Below, piece after piece: positions 23,101 through 34,945 of a stretch of 64,000 bases of DNA; the first letter of the stretch is position 1, and every line of letters begins with the position of its first letter. The DNA lies in the NCBI RefSeq assembly GCF_021869535.1, contig NW_026262604.1, forward strand, positions 43,090,001 through 43,154,000, read 5' to 3'. The notes under the pieces were generated by a model that saw only the letters and a list, made by a program, of their open reading frames with translations, was not told where the DNA came from and ran no database searches. Made by a program: the position numbers and the translations under genes. Source of the DNA: Mytilus californianus. Lineage: Eukaryota.

Positions 23101-26100
23101 ACGTTACGTTTACTGAATTGGTCTCTGGAAAACCTGTTGACAAGTACAAAATCAAACCTAATCAATAAGTACAACAAAAACACATGCAGTTCATAGAGTT
23201 ATATAGAAGATCCAAAAGAGATTTTCTAACGCATTAGTCGCTGGTAAATTGCCAATTCCATAACATAAAAAAGAAGGACAAAAGGACAATAGTGTACAAC
23301 ACACAGAGTAGAAAGCTAAATACTGAGCAGTATAAACCATGCCAAATCTAATCATTATGCAAAAGAACCGTAATAATTAACAAATTTGAATTGTCAACCG
23401 TTTAATTGAAAAAAATTTCATAGAATGCAAATAATGATTTGCATTATATATATCTAGTCTGCATCCCAATATCCCACACATTAACCGTTCAATACACGTA
23501 CACGTCAACCAAATCCATGAATCCATGAAACGAAGACTATATTTTAAATATGCCTCAGATTTGTTTTTTAAACCATAGAGTTAGAATCCCGAACCTGGCA
23601 GCTGCACTCGACTCCAATCAATATTAACTTTGATTTTCAGTTTTCTGAACGAAAAGTCGGTTGTTTCTAACCAGTCCCTCCAGCTTCCTCTACAAATAGA
23701 AACTGACCACCACAAAATAGCACAATGGTGCTGAAAGTGGCACTTAACGGCAATCAGTTGATCAATTAATTGCCATGAAAGCTGTTGGAAAGACGTTTTT
23801 TTTCTTATGAAGATTCTTCTAGGCGACAGTAGTTTGCAGATGTTCGAATCTCGTGAATTGACTAAAAAAGGAACGAGACCTGATGTGTCGACAAGGTAAG
23901 CATCTTATGCTACGCATAAAAACCACTCTTTTAAAATGCCGTACGAAATCCAGACATTCGGAGAACATGAAATAATTTCAGTGTTATTTTAAATTTACTA
24001 GTGCTGGGTCGATACAACTGCCGGTAGACTATTATTCCCCAAGGCTACCGTCTACTCACTAGTCAGAATTTGTAATAAACGTTGATAATGAGGAAATTGT
24101 TATGAAACTTAAGGTACAAGACACTCAAACAAATTTAACGGAAGATGAATTTGGCTATATATTTTGAACCTTTATGGTCATACAGCATTTTTTCGCGTGT
24201 TCAAATCTTATGATCAGTGTCGTTCTTAGTGAAAGTAATCCAAGGAATTTTTTTTTCGGAAACACTAAGTATATTCGACTGTACGAATGGGAAATAACTG
24301 TCATAGTCCTATCTTGGTACAGCCTTGTTCCGGAGAAATGGTAAGTAAATCGTGGTCTTAACAATAGTGTCATTTGGAAAAATGAAATCACACACTTAAG
24401 GGCATACGATACAGTTTTGATCACACGGTGATTTTGTGACGAAAATTTGCATACTATTTTTAACCTAGTCAATTCAAATATGTAATAAAAATATACCTTC
24501 ATGTTCTATTTTTAGAGATAAATTGGGTCGAAATTTTAGACATTTGCTCAAAGTTTTTTTTTTCGACATTTCTAACCTTTGAACGGACACACCTAACTCT
24601 TTTGTTTCAAAAGATAACCACAAGCGGATTTGTGTAAGAACATTTGGAATATCGTCTAAACATAAATATACCATACGTTTGTGAAAAAAATCGGTGATTT
24701 CTTCATAAAAAGTGATACAAATAATCGTCATAAATAATCAAGTCATTAAAAAAAAAAGGATCCATGTACTCATTTTCTAGCTAATGATTAAAATCTGTCG
24801 AAAATGCATCTTTTCCCGATATTTCAACGTTTGACGACGCGAAAAATAACATTTTACGTTAGAAACGTTATTATCTCTCCTGTGACTGTATCGTATGGCC
24901 TTTAAGTGTTTCGTTACATTGGTCATGATGGTATAATGTGTTTTGATTGTGTATTTTATACATACCGGCCGAAGTTTTTGTTTTAGGTTCTGTACATGCA
25001 GATTTTGGATCTGAAAATAAAAAAAATATTTCTATAGGGAATGGATATATTTTGAGTCATTGTCATATGGTAGAATCATTCGCTGATATGTTTTCGTTGA
25101 TTTGTTATAAAGTTTACCTTAGTTTTACACTAGTAGTATGTGCTTGTGAACATAGATAAGAATGTTCAATCTGCGTATAAAAGGAAAAAAAAATTATCTA
25201 ACTCCAAGTAATTTTCCAAAAAGGGGGAAATGCAGAAAAAAACTGTCAAAATCAAACATTATACTTTGTCAAGTAACTGAATGAATCAGAAACAACTGTC
25301 ATTTTTTTTGTCTTGGCAAAGGGATATTCCGAAGAAAATGATAGATTAAACCTGGTTTTATAGCTAGCTAGACCTCACACTATTCTGAAAGTATCGTGGT
25401 GAGTAAACCAAACTCACATAATATGTTAATGGGAAAATAATTGGGTTCAAACCGCGCCAAAACTGAAAACATACATCATAAACACATAACACACCGACTA
25501 AAAAAATCAAACAAGCCTACAAATAAATGTCAAAAAGACTTATAATTCAGCGAAGATACACAACTGTTAAATCAAAAATACCCATGTATTTATTATTAAA
25601 TTTCGAATAAACTTTATTTTTATTTTCTCACCTAAGTACTGTGATGTGATGTGCTGTTTCGGGATATTTATTCCTTTGTTGCATTCAGAATTTTGACCGT
25701 GTTCATTTTCTTGACCTTCTTTATGCTTGGAAACAATTTCTTCTATTTTAACGGCAATTGATCCAAGTTTCTGAATACGAATGATTTTTGTATTGGCTAA
25801 TTTGATATCGAATTGCTGCAATTTAGCCTTAGTTGTCTCAAACCTCTTTTTGATACTAGACAACTCCTTGATCATATTTCCTCTAAGTCCAAATTTATTA
25901 TTTGTAAAATCGTAATTTTCTACAGATGCAAGATGTTGCAGAAACTCGTCCAAAGAATTTTGAATATCAAGAAGTTCTATTTTCTGGGTATTGTATGACC
26001 CTTTGCATATGTCTATTTCAGATAATAATTTCCCCTTAAGCTCAGACTCAAGCTTCAAAACTGTACACTCAATTTCTTGCTTTACTTCTGATATTGCATC

Positions 26101-26452
26101 AATAACTTCATTTTCTTGAACTGTGAGGTTTTGGTAGTTGTGTTCATTTAACTCTACCAATTCATGTACTGTGTTTTTTACCTCTGTACATTCATGTGCA
26201 ATTTCTTTGTACCACGAAGATGTTTGTAGAAATTTCTCTGTACAATCAGGACCTTGACCTTTAATTCCGTAAACCTCGTAACCTGTACTTGAAAAATTCA
26301 CCTCATGTTGTAACGTAAACTTGTTACGCTTATGTGCTTCTGCACAAGCCATGCACAACGGCTCTGAGCACTCAGTACACCAGGCAGCTGTACTGTTGTG
26401 TAAACTTCCTCGTTTGCACGACTCGCATAGTGGTGGAACTACCAGATGATAG
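16911..26452 (-). CDS. B-box/coiled-coil protein fused to a Src-like tyrosine pseudokinase (at least 556 aa; start exon unresolved)
   Basis: Exons 26452-25632, 22751-22677, 21629-21376, 19945-19789, 18724-18593 and 17143-16911 are all open with GT-AG. Phases 1,1,0,1,1 are compatible. Joining the first exon to the kinase exons is an inference from strand, phase and the absence of other coding sequence between them. Confidence 0.75.
18593..18724 (-). CDS. Kinase exon: subdomains VIII-IX (PVRWLAQE, KSDVWSFGILLME, PYE)
   Basis: Acceptor TATGTAG|GC, donor GAAG|GTAAAG, 132 nt. Confidence 0.92.
18885..19030 (-). mobile_element. Degenerate SINE fragment (same family as 5532-5798)
   Basis: GGAAGCTGGGGTGCCCGGAGAAAATCACC matches the reverse complement of the SINE core. 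Confidence 0.7.
19789..19945 (-). CDS. Kinase exon: subdomains VI-VII (IAKGMDFL, HSDLRAAN, KVCGFKFAH)
   Basis: Acceptor TTTTAG|ATT, donor C|GTAAGT, 157 nt. Confidence 0.92.
20250..21000. repeat. Duplicated fold-back element: direct repeat plus central palindrome at 20643-20751
   Basis: GAGTGGAGAAA.ATCGTAATA.ACGAG...AGTGGTGGAATATGTTTCTCT and later blocks occur twice, about 450 bp apart. Arms of about 50 bp flank an AATCTTGC loop. Confidence 0.75.
21376..21629 (-). CDS. Kinase exon: subdomains II-V (VAVK, FLKEA, HENVIK, LVMEY)
   Basis: Acceptor TTTACAG|CA, donor AAG|GTGAAA (an in-frame GTAATA lies 6 nt further on). Confidence 0.9.
22677..22751 (-). CDS. Kinase exon: linker and degenerate Gly-rich loop (WFPDIKRSSLDRFVKAVYSGRVWK)
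   Basis: Acceptor CTGTAG|GA, donor AAAG|GTACGT; aligns with Src-type WEIPRESL...FGEVW. Confidence 0.8.
23575..23765 (+). mobile_element. Degenerate SINE copy
   Basis: TGCACTCGACTCCAATC, CAGCTTCCTCTACAAATAGAAACTGACC and GGTGCTGAAAGTGGC are shared with the intact SINEs. Confidence 0.7.
24400..24901. mobile_element. Non-autonomous DNA transposon with TTAA TSD (Kolobok/piggyBac-like MITE)
   Basis: TTAA|GGGCATACGATACAGT ... ACTGTATCGTATGGCCT|TTAA. Confidence 0.8.
25632..26452 (-). CDS. Exon: B-box type 1 zinc finger + long coiled coil (RING-less TRIM-like)
   Basis: CESC-x12-CTEC-x4-CMAC-x3-H-x8-H followed by about 170 aa of heptad-rich helix. Acceptor AATTCAG|C (alternative at 26438), donor TTAG|GTGAGA. 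Confidence 0.88.
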
Positions 26453-28420
26453 CTGAATTAAGAAATTGGTTAACGTCAATGTATTTTAAAACTTAACAGT
26501 TGATGTAATTTGTATGATACGAACATATGCACAAAGTGTTATTTGTTTGTATTTTCTGTATTCGTTTTGCTGTCACTTTCTTAACTCTTAAAATACGATT
26601 AATGATATATTTATTTATATATTATGGCAGCTATATGTTCACATAAAATGGTCACATATCAGCATACATTTTTACAGTTTTATTTATCGTTTTATTCATA
26701 GATAACATGCCTATAAATATTTGATTTATCTGTCTAAAAACCTTTAAAGTGTTTTTTTTTGTCTTCAAAGTGACGAAATATCAATGCAGTTGAATGTTAA
26801 TTAAAGCCCTTCCATGATGTGTTACATGACAATTTTGTTTCCAAAAACAAAACATATTGAGGATAACAATTTAAACAAACTTTGTAGATATTTCTGTAAG
26901 TGTTTAATCTTTTATTGAGTATTAATTAAGTTATTCAATATTCTTTCAGGATTGTGAATTACGCTTTTCTTTTCTTATTTTTATTAACTATCATCCATAC
27001 AGCATGTGTAATACTACTCTGATTACTTCTAGATATAGCTGATACATCGTAATAGTGGGATAGACGTAATGTGAAAACGAATAGTAATGAACATAAGCCC
27101 CCCCCCCACCAAATGAGGAATATGACAAAATAGTTCAGCCAACGGGTAACATGTGATAGTTATATGATTATAATTAATCTATAATTCAACTTTCTTGTCT
27201 CGAATTTTCAATCATAAATAATATCTATGAAGGTAACAACGAACATAAATTGAAAATAACAATGAAGAAATGAATATAACCTTAAAGCTTTAACATGTTT
27301 AAATATGAATTTATGATGATTCTTCCCTCTACTGTCTTTAAAATACAAAGAAAGAAAACTCAATCACAGTGTACCGTCATTATTTAAATGCTCCGAAGAT
27401 GAATTTACAATATATTAATTCTGCTACAAATGAAAAGCAAAAAAAAAAAATTAAAAAAATTCACTAATTGCACCACTTGAAGTAAATCATGGAATCTTAA
27501 AAAAACGACATAAAATATTTCATTAATTAAAACCTAGCGCTGCAATAATTGAAACAAATAAAACCGTACAGCTAGAACCTTAACCTCGTGATAGTCATCA
27601 TTTCTTTAACTACTTATTTATTCAAATAAAAAATCAATTAGAATAATCTAATGCACATATACAGATACAAGCCAACAACAAAGTAAAGTCTGAAAATACA
27701 GTTTGATGAATACTGAAGAAATGGTTTGTCTTTATTGTGGAAAAAGTATTCATTACCTGTTGATTGACTCATGCAATGCTACTACTTGTTTTGCATTTTC
27801 AAGACAATACCGGTATGATGGTTACAGCATAAAAGCATAAAGAAATATCAAATTACATTTTTTTAAAGAATCCACATGCTTATAAGCATTCGTTTCTTTG
27901 TGTTTAAATAATATTTCTAATTGATTACACTCGCGATACAAAGTAATGAAATAACGGTTAAAAATTCAAAACAGTTCACGTATGCACACAAGTTCGTTTT
28001 ATTGTAGAAATTAAATGACCTCCCTATAAACATTACACAGTTATTTTAAAGTCTTACACAGTTCCTTTGTTCTACATTGATTGTATCTGGTGTACCTTGA
28101 TTATATTAATAACACATTTTCCTACTTATATAGATATTTAAATCTTGCAATAGATACAAATAAATATAAAGTTAAGGTTTATGAACCATTTTGTAGCCAT
28201 ATCAATTACAAAATTTTCAAAGGGATACAATATCAAAATAGCAAAGATAATAAATATTAGAAATGTGCCAAAGGACAACCTCTTTCAAAGCAACATTTCT
28301 TATTGTTTTATTGCATTTGATAGACAATTGGGATTTTGTGGCAATTAAGCTTTTTGCAGAAAATCTACAGACTTTAGTACAGAGATTTTCGTTATAAAAT
28401 TTTAAACATAGATTACTCAC

Positions 28421-28505
28421 TTGTCTGTACATCATGTGCTAGTGTTTGTTGTTGAGAACAAATCCTGAACAACCTTTACATTCCAAAAAACCTCGTGCTG
28501 AGTCA
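28421..28505 (-). promoter_or_regulatory. Candidate first exon and promoter of the B-box kinase gene (AP-1 motif)
   Basis: Minus-strand donor CAA|GTGAGT at 28420 and TGAGTCA at 28499-28505. A second candidate micro-exon ATGAGTCAATCAACAG|GTAATG lies at 27772-27757. Speculative. Confidence 0.25.
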
Positions 28506-29272
28506 CTAAAGTCGAGCGCATTCTAGAAGGTGTACTTGAATTGGTCCATATTTATATTTGTTTTAACCAATATCTTAATTTAGAAACTTGTTTTAAGGAA
28601 ATCATTACTAGCAGTGCATGCAATAATCCTCTATCTCAAAGCACCAAATTATCAAATATAAGAGTACAAGGGGAAACAAAAAAATGGCACATAATCCTTA
28701 ATCCGAATAAACCTGTCCAATCAAAGGACAATAGGATATGTTATGTTAATGATATGTAGTTGAGTGAAATGTCCTTATATGAACATGATGAAACGGGAAA
28801 TTGTATTGTTAAAAGACACTATACACAGATAAAGAAAAGAAATGTTTGACTTAAACACATAATAAAAAAGCAATTAAAATCAGCATCATTTTAATTAGCT
28901 AATCTTTTTGAATCAGGAAACAGTTACAGCATAAATTAATTCTCATCTGGCATTTTTGCCAAAAATTAATTGATACCATGCAACAAGTTTATTTGGTAGA
29001 AACATAAGGTAAGTAGATCTTGACACTCTAAGCATTTCATTTTCTCTGTCAGATTGTCTCTATATGTTATGGTATCTAGATAAAAGACAGTTAATGCATT
29101 TCACCATTATGTTCTATATTTAGCAAGAGCAGCCATGTTTTCTGACTGAACGGAAAAAAAGAACATACTTCATATTGCAAACCTTAAGAATCATTCAACC
29201 TAAGTCTAGTTGAAATCAGTTTAGTTGGCTGTTAAAATATTTTTGTAATTTATAGGTCATCACAATAGGTAA

Positions 29273-31529
29273 CACTACAAACCAGTAAAAGTCTGAAATG
29301 GCCTATATCTGTACTCGACTGTACTGATTTTTACTCGACCAGTCTGAATTGGTCTGAATTTTACTCGACATTACTCGACCCCAGTCTTAACCATACTCGA
29401 CCGTACTGATTTGTACTTGACCCTTATCTTTGCCATTGAAAATAGTCTGAACTATTACTCGACCAGTCTGAGACAGTCTTAACCCATTCTCGACCTGTAC
29501 TCGACCAATTTGTTCAGTCTAAACCATACTCGACCAAAGGTCTGAACAATACTCGACCAGTCTGAACCATACTCGACCAGTCTGAATTGGTCTGAATTTT
29601 ACTCGACATTACTCGACCCCAGTCTTAACCATACTCGACCGTACTGATTTGTACTTGATCCTTATCTTTGCCATTGAAAATAGTCTGAACTATTACTCGA
29701 CCAGTCTGAAACAGTCTAAACCCATTCTCGACCTGTACTCGACCAATTTTTTCAGTCTAAACCATACTCGACCAAAGGTCTGAACAATACTCGACCAGTC
29801 TGAACCATACTTGACCAAAACACCTATACTTTTTTTTAATTTTAGCTGTTAAAATTAATTTCTTTTTTTCTGACATGACAACAGCCACAATAAAATAAAG
29901 ATATATATAAAAACATATTTTTACATCCTTACATCATGTACATGATTCTCAGATTTATCAAATATAGATAGTTAAATTAAATAATCTTATATAATAATTT
30001 AACTATATTAATTTTAAAGTTTTAGAGTTTTGTTAAAAAAAGATTTTCTTTTTACTAAAAACCACACCTTTACTGAGGGTAATAAAACCTTATTGAGGTG
30101 CTTCTTGTCTGGCATGTGTTTTTTTTTAACTTCATTTTCCTAAATTCCAAAAGAAAAACTATATAGGTTTCATGGTTACCTACACTAGTTATATAATTAT
30201 CTTTTTAATAAGGTAACAACAGCCAAAAAATCACTGAAATTGTTTAACCTTATATTAGAAATATATCTATTCTTATTATAATTTGGGATACATTATATAT
30301 AATATATATCAAAAATGGATAAAAAAATTAAAGAAATAGATAAAATTTTTCTTCTGATTAGTGGTAAAGTATAAAGTAATACCTCCTGCTTAGGGCAAAC
30401 TCATTAAAAAGATCACACCTGGTCAGAGAGTATTAATTTCTAATTAACATTCATTAAAAATTGCCATATCCTGTAAAACTTAAATCGCAAGGCCTTTTGA
30501 TTTCACTTGATAAGTAATACACGAGTTTAAGAAAAAAAGGGCTTTCTTTTTACCTGTAAAACACACATGTACTGAGGTAAATAAACCTTATTAAAGTGTT
30601 TCTTGTATGCCATGTCTTTAATTTTGACAAAAGTTATTTAAATTTAATTGAAATTAATTTTTTTCTGCAACTTTGGAACACATTTCCTTTTTTAAATGGT
30701 TATCAAGGATTGCTATGGAAGTTCTATTATCATGATTATATTAAATTCTTGGTTTTACAAAATAAGGTGTTATTTTTTAAATTTATTAAGTTGCTTTATA
30801 TACTATTTTAAATATATTTTAATAAAAAAAATGTTCACTGCATTATTAACTAAACTCATCTGACACCATAAATCTATACAAGGCTTAAGTAAATGATGAA
30901 AATTGTCCAGTAACCATAAAATATATCTGAAACGTTCAAAAATTTGAATAACATTGAAAATATTAGTCACAATTCAGTTTTGAGATTATTTGATCAGCTT
31001 GTTTTATTTTTATTTTAAAGGTGATATATATATATATATATATATGTAAGTCTTGATAAATATGGTGTTGAATTTATATTATGTTTATTGTGAAATTTTG
31101 GTTTCAATGCCATATTGAATACATTTTAAATTTCAAATTGTTGTTCAAATTTCTAGCCAGGGGAAATAGCTGTTAAAACAGTTCCTAAATTGATGAAAAA
31201 CAATAGATAGATACAAAATTTAGGTCTAGGTTGGTTAAGACTTAGTCGAGTATGTTTCAGACTAGGTCGAGTATGGTTCAGACTAGGTCGAGTATGGTTC
31301 AGACTAGGTCGAGCATGGTTCAGACTAGGTCGAGCATGGTTCAGACGAAAATAAAATGGTTAAGTACTGGTCGAGTAAAGGTCGAGTACAAGTTCAGACT
31401 ATTAAGTGTGGTTCAGACTACAGTCGAGCATTATCAAGTAAATTTCAGACCAATTCAGACTGGTCGAAGAAAAATCAGTACAGTCGAGTACAAATATAGG
31501 CCATTTCAGACTTTTACTGGTTTGTAGTG
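29273..31529. mobile_element. Non-autonomous CACTA/EnSpm-like element with subterminal repeat arrays
   Basis: Ends are CACTA...TAGTG with an inverted repeat of about 110 bp and many ACTCGACC motifs. There is an internal duplication of about 238 bp at the left end and about five 21-bp repeats (AGGTCGAGYATGGTTCAGACT) at the right end. No ORF; TSD unclear (TAA/TGA). Confidence 0.8.
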
Positions 31530-31890
31530 TGAGGAAACTTCGGAATTTGACTGTACAATAGTATTTATAAGTAATTTCACTTTATTATTTTGCGATAGTT
31601 GTGTTCCATAAATCTTTTTTTTTATTCTGAGTCGATACATTTTCAACACTATCCTGCACCCTTCTCATCTGATGTATACACATATAAAATACATTAGAAA
31701 TACGATGTTCAAGTATAAAGAAAGTACACACATACTGTTTAACAAAAAGCTTAATGGTAACCTTTACAAACATGGAGTATATTCCTCATATTGATTAACA
31801 ATTAACAAGTTTGGGACCTCAGTGTAGAAGGTAGGGTATATATATTTATCTATTTGTTTCCGGTCTTTAATACAAAAGCCTTTTTTGGAG

Positions 31891-31919
31891 GAGGGGGGGG
31901 GGGGGTGGGGGGGGGGGGG
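31891..31919 (+). repeat. Poly-G tract
   Basis: Seen directly. Confidence 0.9.
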
Positions 31920-34716
31920 CGTTTTTTGATACTAAAGACATAAAGGCAAACACATGAAAGAAGGGATGAATCATTTGCATTCATGATTTATTTTTAAAAT
32001 CTTTCATATTTAAACTCTATAAATATCTCCTTTAATCAATCATCATGCTTCAAGTGCAGCTATGAAAGATTGGAAACACATCATAGTCCCAATTATTATA
32101 CTGAAAACTCAGCAGTTAAATTGTTGTGCAACCTACTGTATGTTGTAATGTGCTGATAGAAGGCAGCATCTTCAGTGAAAGTCGATCATCCCATTAGGTA
32201 CAATGGATTCATTTACATTTGTGAGATATTAAATTTTGTAGATTTCGTTTGTTAATGTAAACCATGAATTCAGATGTTCACCGAAGTATATATTTTCTAT
32301 TGGCTTGTTTACAGACTTAGCAAAACCACGAAATCAAAATCAAACGAAAAAATATGTCTTACTTAATCAAAAAAATAAATGAATCCACAGTAATTAAAAA
32401 GTAAACACTTTGTTATTAAATGATTCATATTCAAGAGAGGTGAAAGATACCAAAGGGACATCCAAATCCTCATACATTGCTATGTTTGCCAACTTTAATC
32501 TTGTGCTCTGTTCAGGTTAATCATATTAACATAGAATAGATCAATATTTAACTACTTATCACATTTATATGATGTTTATTGTTGAAGGCCGTACGGCTGC
32601 CTATACTTGCTTACTTTAACTTCATTTGCATTTTGGTGGATAGTAGTTTCATTGTATTAACTGCTCCAAGAAAATGTTGTCTTTCTCTATATATTGCCTC
32701 CTCTCTATCAACCTGACAAACCAAGTCAACTGCATTGATGATAAAGGAATTCAACAGGATGCATGTTATTGGGAAAAAGATCAAGACATCAAAATAAACT
32801 AATATTTCAAGTTATGCTTTAATTTTTCTCAGATTATTGCCATATCTAATAAATCGCATAAGGAATTAAGTCTTGTGAAAGAACTTTTATTTAAAACTTT
32901 CCAATTCAGGTTGATCTGTTCCTTGTTTCGTCAATTTTCTTATCCTTTTGAAAGTACAGTTTTTTAATGCTAGTTATATATTGCTATTCATTTGATTTTT
33001 TTGAAAAGCAGAAATTTGTATGTTTTTTTGTCATCCTTAAAGACTTTATTTGGTTGACATAAAAGCATTGACTGCATTGTTCACTTTAATCTGAAAGTTT
33101 TCATGCAAAATTTCTATAATAATCGAATTGACGTTATAATATGGTCAATAAAACAAGACGGCAAACAATCCTGCATAGTATTCCAACTTTTTTCCACGTA
33201 CCTCTACCCTGCAGACGGACGGACGAGTTTGGGGATGAACGGACGTACATGTGAGGGGACCACTACCATATCTCTCGCAGCCATGAAAATTGGACAAAGA
33301 TCATCAGCTAGGCCATTGCCTTCTTTCGTTCAACATGTAATCCGTTTTTCCTTTACAATCGCATAAAACGGATAATCAAAGGAGAAATGTATAAAGCAAT
33401 GAATATGAAAAAATACTGTTTTTGTAGTTATTAAATTCATTCTATTATCTGAATACCTAAAAGTCTAACGACACCAGATTGTTTTATCTTAAACTAATCA
33501 AAATTTACAACTCAACATTCTTCGTTCGTTGAACATATAATCTTTTTGTCTAGATATAAAGACTAGAAAACATGGAAAAAAATGCTATTTAAACCCTCAA
33601 TAAACATCTTTAAAGCACAACTAATTGATATAGTTGAGATATCATTCTTGAAAACATTCAACATTTAATAAATTTAAGGGAAAATGACAAGAATTATCAA
33701 TCGACAGTATTTTCTTTAAATGATGGAAAAGATGACCTACATAATATAGTTAACTTGATATCATTATGTTTTGAAAATAAGAAAAACAAATATTTCACGT
33801 CATGTTCCCTTGAATTTAAAAAGGTTAAGATTCAATTTAAATAGTTACTAACTATGTATTCCTTAAAGTTCTATTTTCGTTTGAGGTTTATGACAGTTGT
33901 TCCTACATGAATTTCCTGTTCTTCCTCGTAAAACGTAAAACGTTATAAGAATGTTGATTTAAATGAATAAAAGTATAATTCAAATTCAAATTCAAAGTAT
34001 TATAGAGATCAATATCAAATTATATAAAAGCCCTTGTTATGAGATGGCATCTGTACGTCATCTGTACGTCAAAATTACTGCAAAACAATGGAAAGATGTA
34101 AAATTGGAAGAAATGTATTACTTTCACTTTTAAAAGCAAATAAAAACTTGTTGTTCATGATTAAAAGGTCTGCTACGCGTGTGGTAAACTTGCTAAATAT
34201 GGAACAGAGAGTTAAGGCTGCAAGCGAGTTGAAAGGCAATTTCATGATATATTTACTGTTGATTTAATCATTGTCGTGCTTACAGACTTCTTGTTGCTTT
34301 TGTGGACATATTATCATTGCGTACAAGCCTATATACAATCACCTTTACCCCTAAAAACCATAAAAATTGATATCATAGGAAAAAAACGAATTCACATTAT
34401 GTCAAAAGTATTATTGAGATGTCACTTGCCGATATAACAAAAATATTATAAAAAATATGACATTAACCTTTCTGTGTCCAGTCGTTTATTGTATTATTTT
34501 AAACCTGGCAATTGTTTTTGTTCAGATCCTTTTATAGCTTACTATAGACATTTATTTTACTCATTGTTATACGGTAGGAGAAAGATGTTTCCATCTTCAT
34601 CATTTGGTTTCCTTAGTTATGTCGTTTCATCGCCAGCCATATCAAATCTGAATTTTAAAAACAATTAACAAATCAAAAATCAAAGCAAATAAAAAAAAAA
34701 AAAAATACAATGTCGA

Positions 34717-34945
34717 TAATAATTAGAAAAAGTAAAAAGTACTTACGCATGTGAAAACGTTATTTAATTCAATCTATGCACCGCTGTATAACATCAATAA
34801 TAATTAGAAAAGGTACTCTCGCAAGTGACAACCTTTTTTTATTAAATCTATGCACCACTGTATAACATAGATAATAATTAGAAAAAAAAGTACTTACGCA
34901 TGTGACAACGTTATTTTATTTAATCTATGCGCCGCTGTACAACTA
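34717..34945. repeat. Three-copy minisatellite (unit about 72-81 bp)
   Basis: TAATAATTAGAAAA...TACTTACGCATGTGA.AAC...ATCTATGCACC.CTGTATAAC is repeated. Confidence 0.85.

Noticed and set aside
24155-24502. 115-aa ORF as an extra exon between the B-box and kinase
   Set aside because: No recognisable domain, it overlaps the MITE boundary and it has no convincing splice sites.
29330-29815. CRISPR-like array of short repeats
   Set aside because: No unique spacers or cas genes; these are degenerate subterminal repeats of the CACTA-like element in eukaryotic DNA.
31252-31527. ORF with VQTRSSM repeats
   Set aside because: Translation of a 21-bp tandem repeat inside the transposon end.
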